A stretch of 6,909 nt of DNA from Octopus sinensis. Lineage: Eukaryota. The stretch covers positions 1 through 6,909 of the forward strand of contig NW_021829108.1 of the NCBI RefSeq assembly GCF_006345805.1, given 5' to 3'. Below are positions 6,154 to 6,909 of this stretch, piece by piece. Numbering within the stretch: the stretch's first letter is position 1; every line of letters begins with the position of its first letter. The notes beneath the pieces were generated by a model. The model was not told the origin of the DNA, did no database searches, and saw nothing but the letters and a program-made list of their open reading frames with translations. The translations under genes were made by a program, and so were the position numbers.

Positions 6154-6389
6154 GTAAACGTTCCATGCAAATAAACTAATATTAAAGGCCTTTTTGAGTC
6201 AAGCGTATGAGTTGAACAAAATTGAAGCTAAGGGCGTCTTCGTTAGGGTTAGACTCCATTCCTTTACAGCGTATCACCCCCCGCAGTGTTCTCTCCGTCC
6301 TTTACTTTAATAATCTGGGTGTGTCCCTTATGGGCAGCCCGTTATCTCTGTCAAACACTTCTCTCTACGTTAACGAGCTATTTCCTCTT

Positions 6390-6590
6390 ACATCTACCCG
6401 CCCAGGCGCACGCACGCACATACATTTTCTCGAGTATACAGTATTACCTTACACTCGCATCTGCCGTCAAAAATATCCACCCGCCAGAAAAACGCTCACC
6501 AATCGAGTCTCATTGAGCAACACTGAAAAGAATGCGCGCACAAAACGAGCCAATGAGCGAGAGCCTCACATTCTAGAAACAGCAAACCGA
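6390..6590. promoter_or_regulatory. TATA-less promoter-like island
   Basis: CCCGCCC 6397-6403, cacccgcc 6478-6485, caCCAATcg (6499-6503) and agCCAATga (6550-6554) matching the NF-Y consensus 51 bp apart, and locally high CpG in non-repeat DNA. Confidence 0.5.
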
Positions 6591-6593
6591 GTC

Positions 6594-6613
6594 ATGGGAA
6601 AAATTTTTCTCAG
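6594..6613 (+). CDS. Candidate first coding exon (MGKIFL..., phase-2 donor)
   Basis: gtcATGG in good Kozak context 40 bp after the second CCAAT, and CAG|GTACGC donor at 6613/6614. Too short to identify. Confidence 0.25.
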
Positions 6614-6699
6614 GTACGCCTTCTGCATGAAGACCATACAGTTATGTGGTAGCTAACATATTTTTTGTTGGGATTCCTTATTAATTTTTTTTAAAGATC

Positions 6700-6868
6700 A
6701 GACGTGGAAGGGTATAGACATGTATTTGAAAAGCTTCCTGCTTAACCATGAGGTTTTGAGTTCAGTCCCACTGCGCGGTACCTTAGGTGAGTGTCTTCTA
6801 CTATAGCGCCCGCCTGACAAAAGCTTTGTGGGTGGATTCCATAGACGGAAACTGAAAGAAGCCCGTCG
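6700..6868 (+). mobile_element. tRNA head of the bipartite SINE family, diverged, cut by the window end
   Basis: gagttcagtcccactgcg...gtgtcttctactatagc...agacggaaactgaaagaagcccgtcg is the reverse complement of 4838-5001, and is followed by the expected (TG)n linker. Confidence 0.9.
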
Positions 6869-6872
6869 ATTT

Positions 6873-6873
<1 letters not shown>

Positions 6874-6909
<36 letters not shown>
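6874..6909. repeat. (GT)n microsatellite (SINE linker)
   Basis: Pure run to the window end. Confidence 0.97.

Noticed and set aside
6243-6252. TTAGGGTTAG as an interstitial telomere
   Set aside because: Less than two units.
6222-6656. 144-aa ORF
   Set aside because: Non-ATG start, no recognisable domain, and it runs across promoter-like motifs and a (GCAC) repeat.

Overview
AT-rich, microsatellite-dense eukaryotic DNA that is mostly repeat-derived. The SINE families look like those of octopus/cephalopod genomes, but this is my recognition, not a database result. None of the supplied ORFs looks like a real gene. The window holds many tRNA-derived SINE copies, including one with a perfect 13-bp TSD and a five-unit head-to-tail multimer inside a single decayed 17-bp TSD. 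It also holds a frameshifted RTE-type LINE reverse-transcriptase relic (1405-1811, minus) that the ORF track misses, and a CpG/CCAAT/GC-box promoter-like island near 6390-6615 with a possible first coding exon. Top signal: three related ~130-240 bp repeats (551-788, 5240-5393, 5465-5592). Each carries a minimal type-I hammerhead-ribozyme fold of the kind known from Penelope-like element termini, and each sits in or directly against (CA)/(TG)/(TA) microsatellites; two of them lie in the internal microsatellite linker of a SINE. Second signal: two short same-strand copies of sequence from 400 and 616 bp downstream, joined through microhomology, which look like templated insertions.
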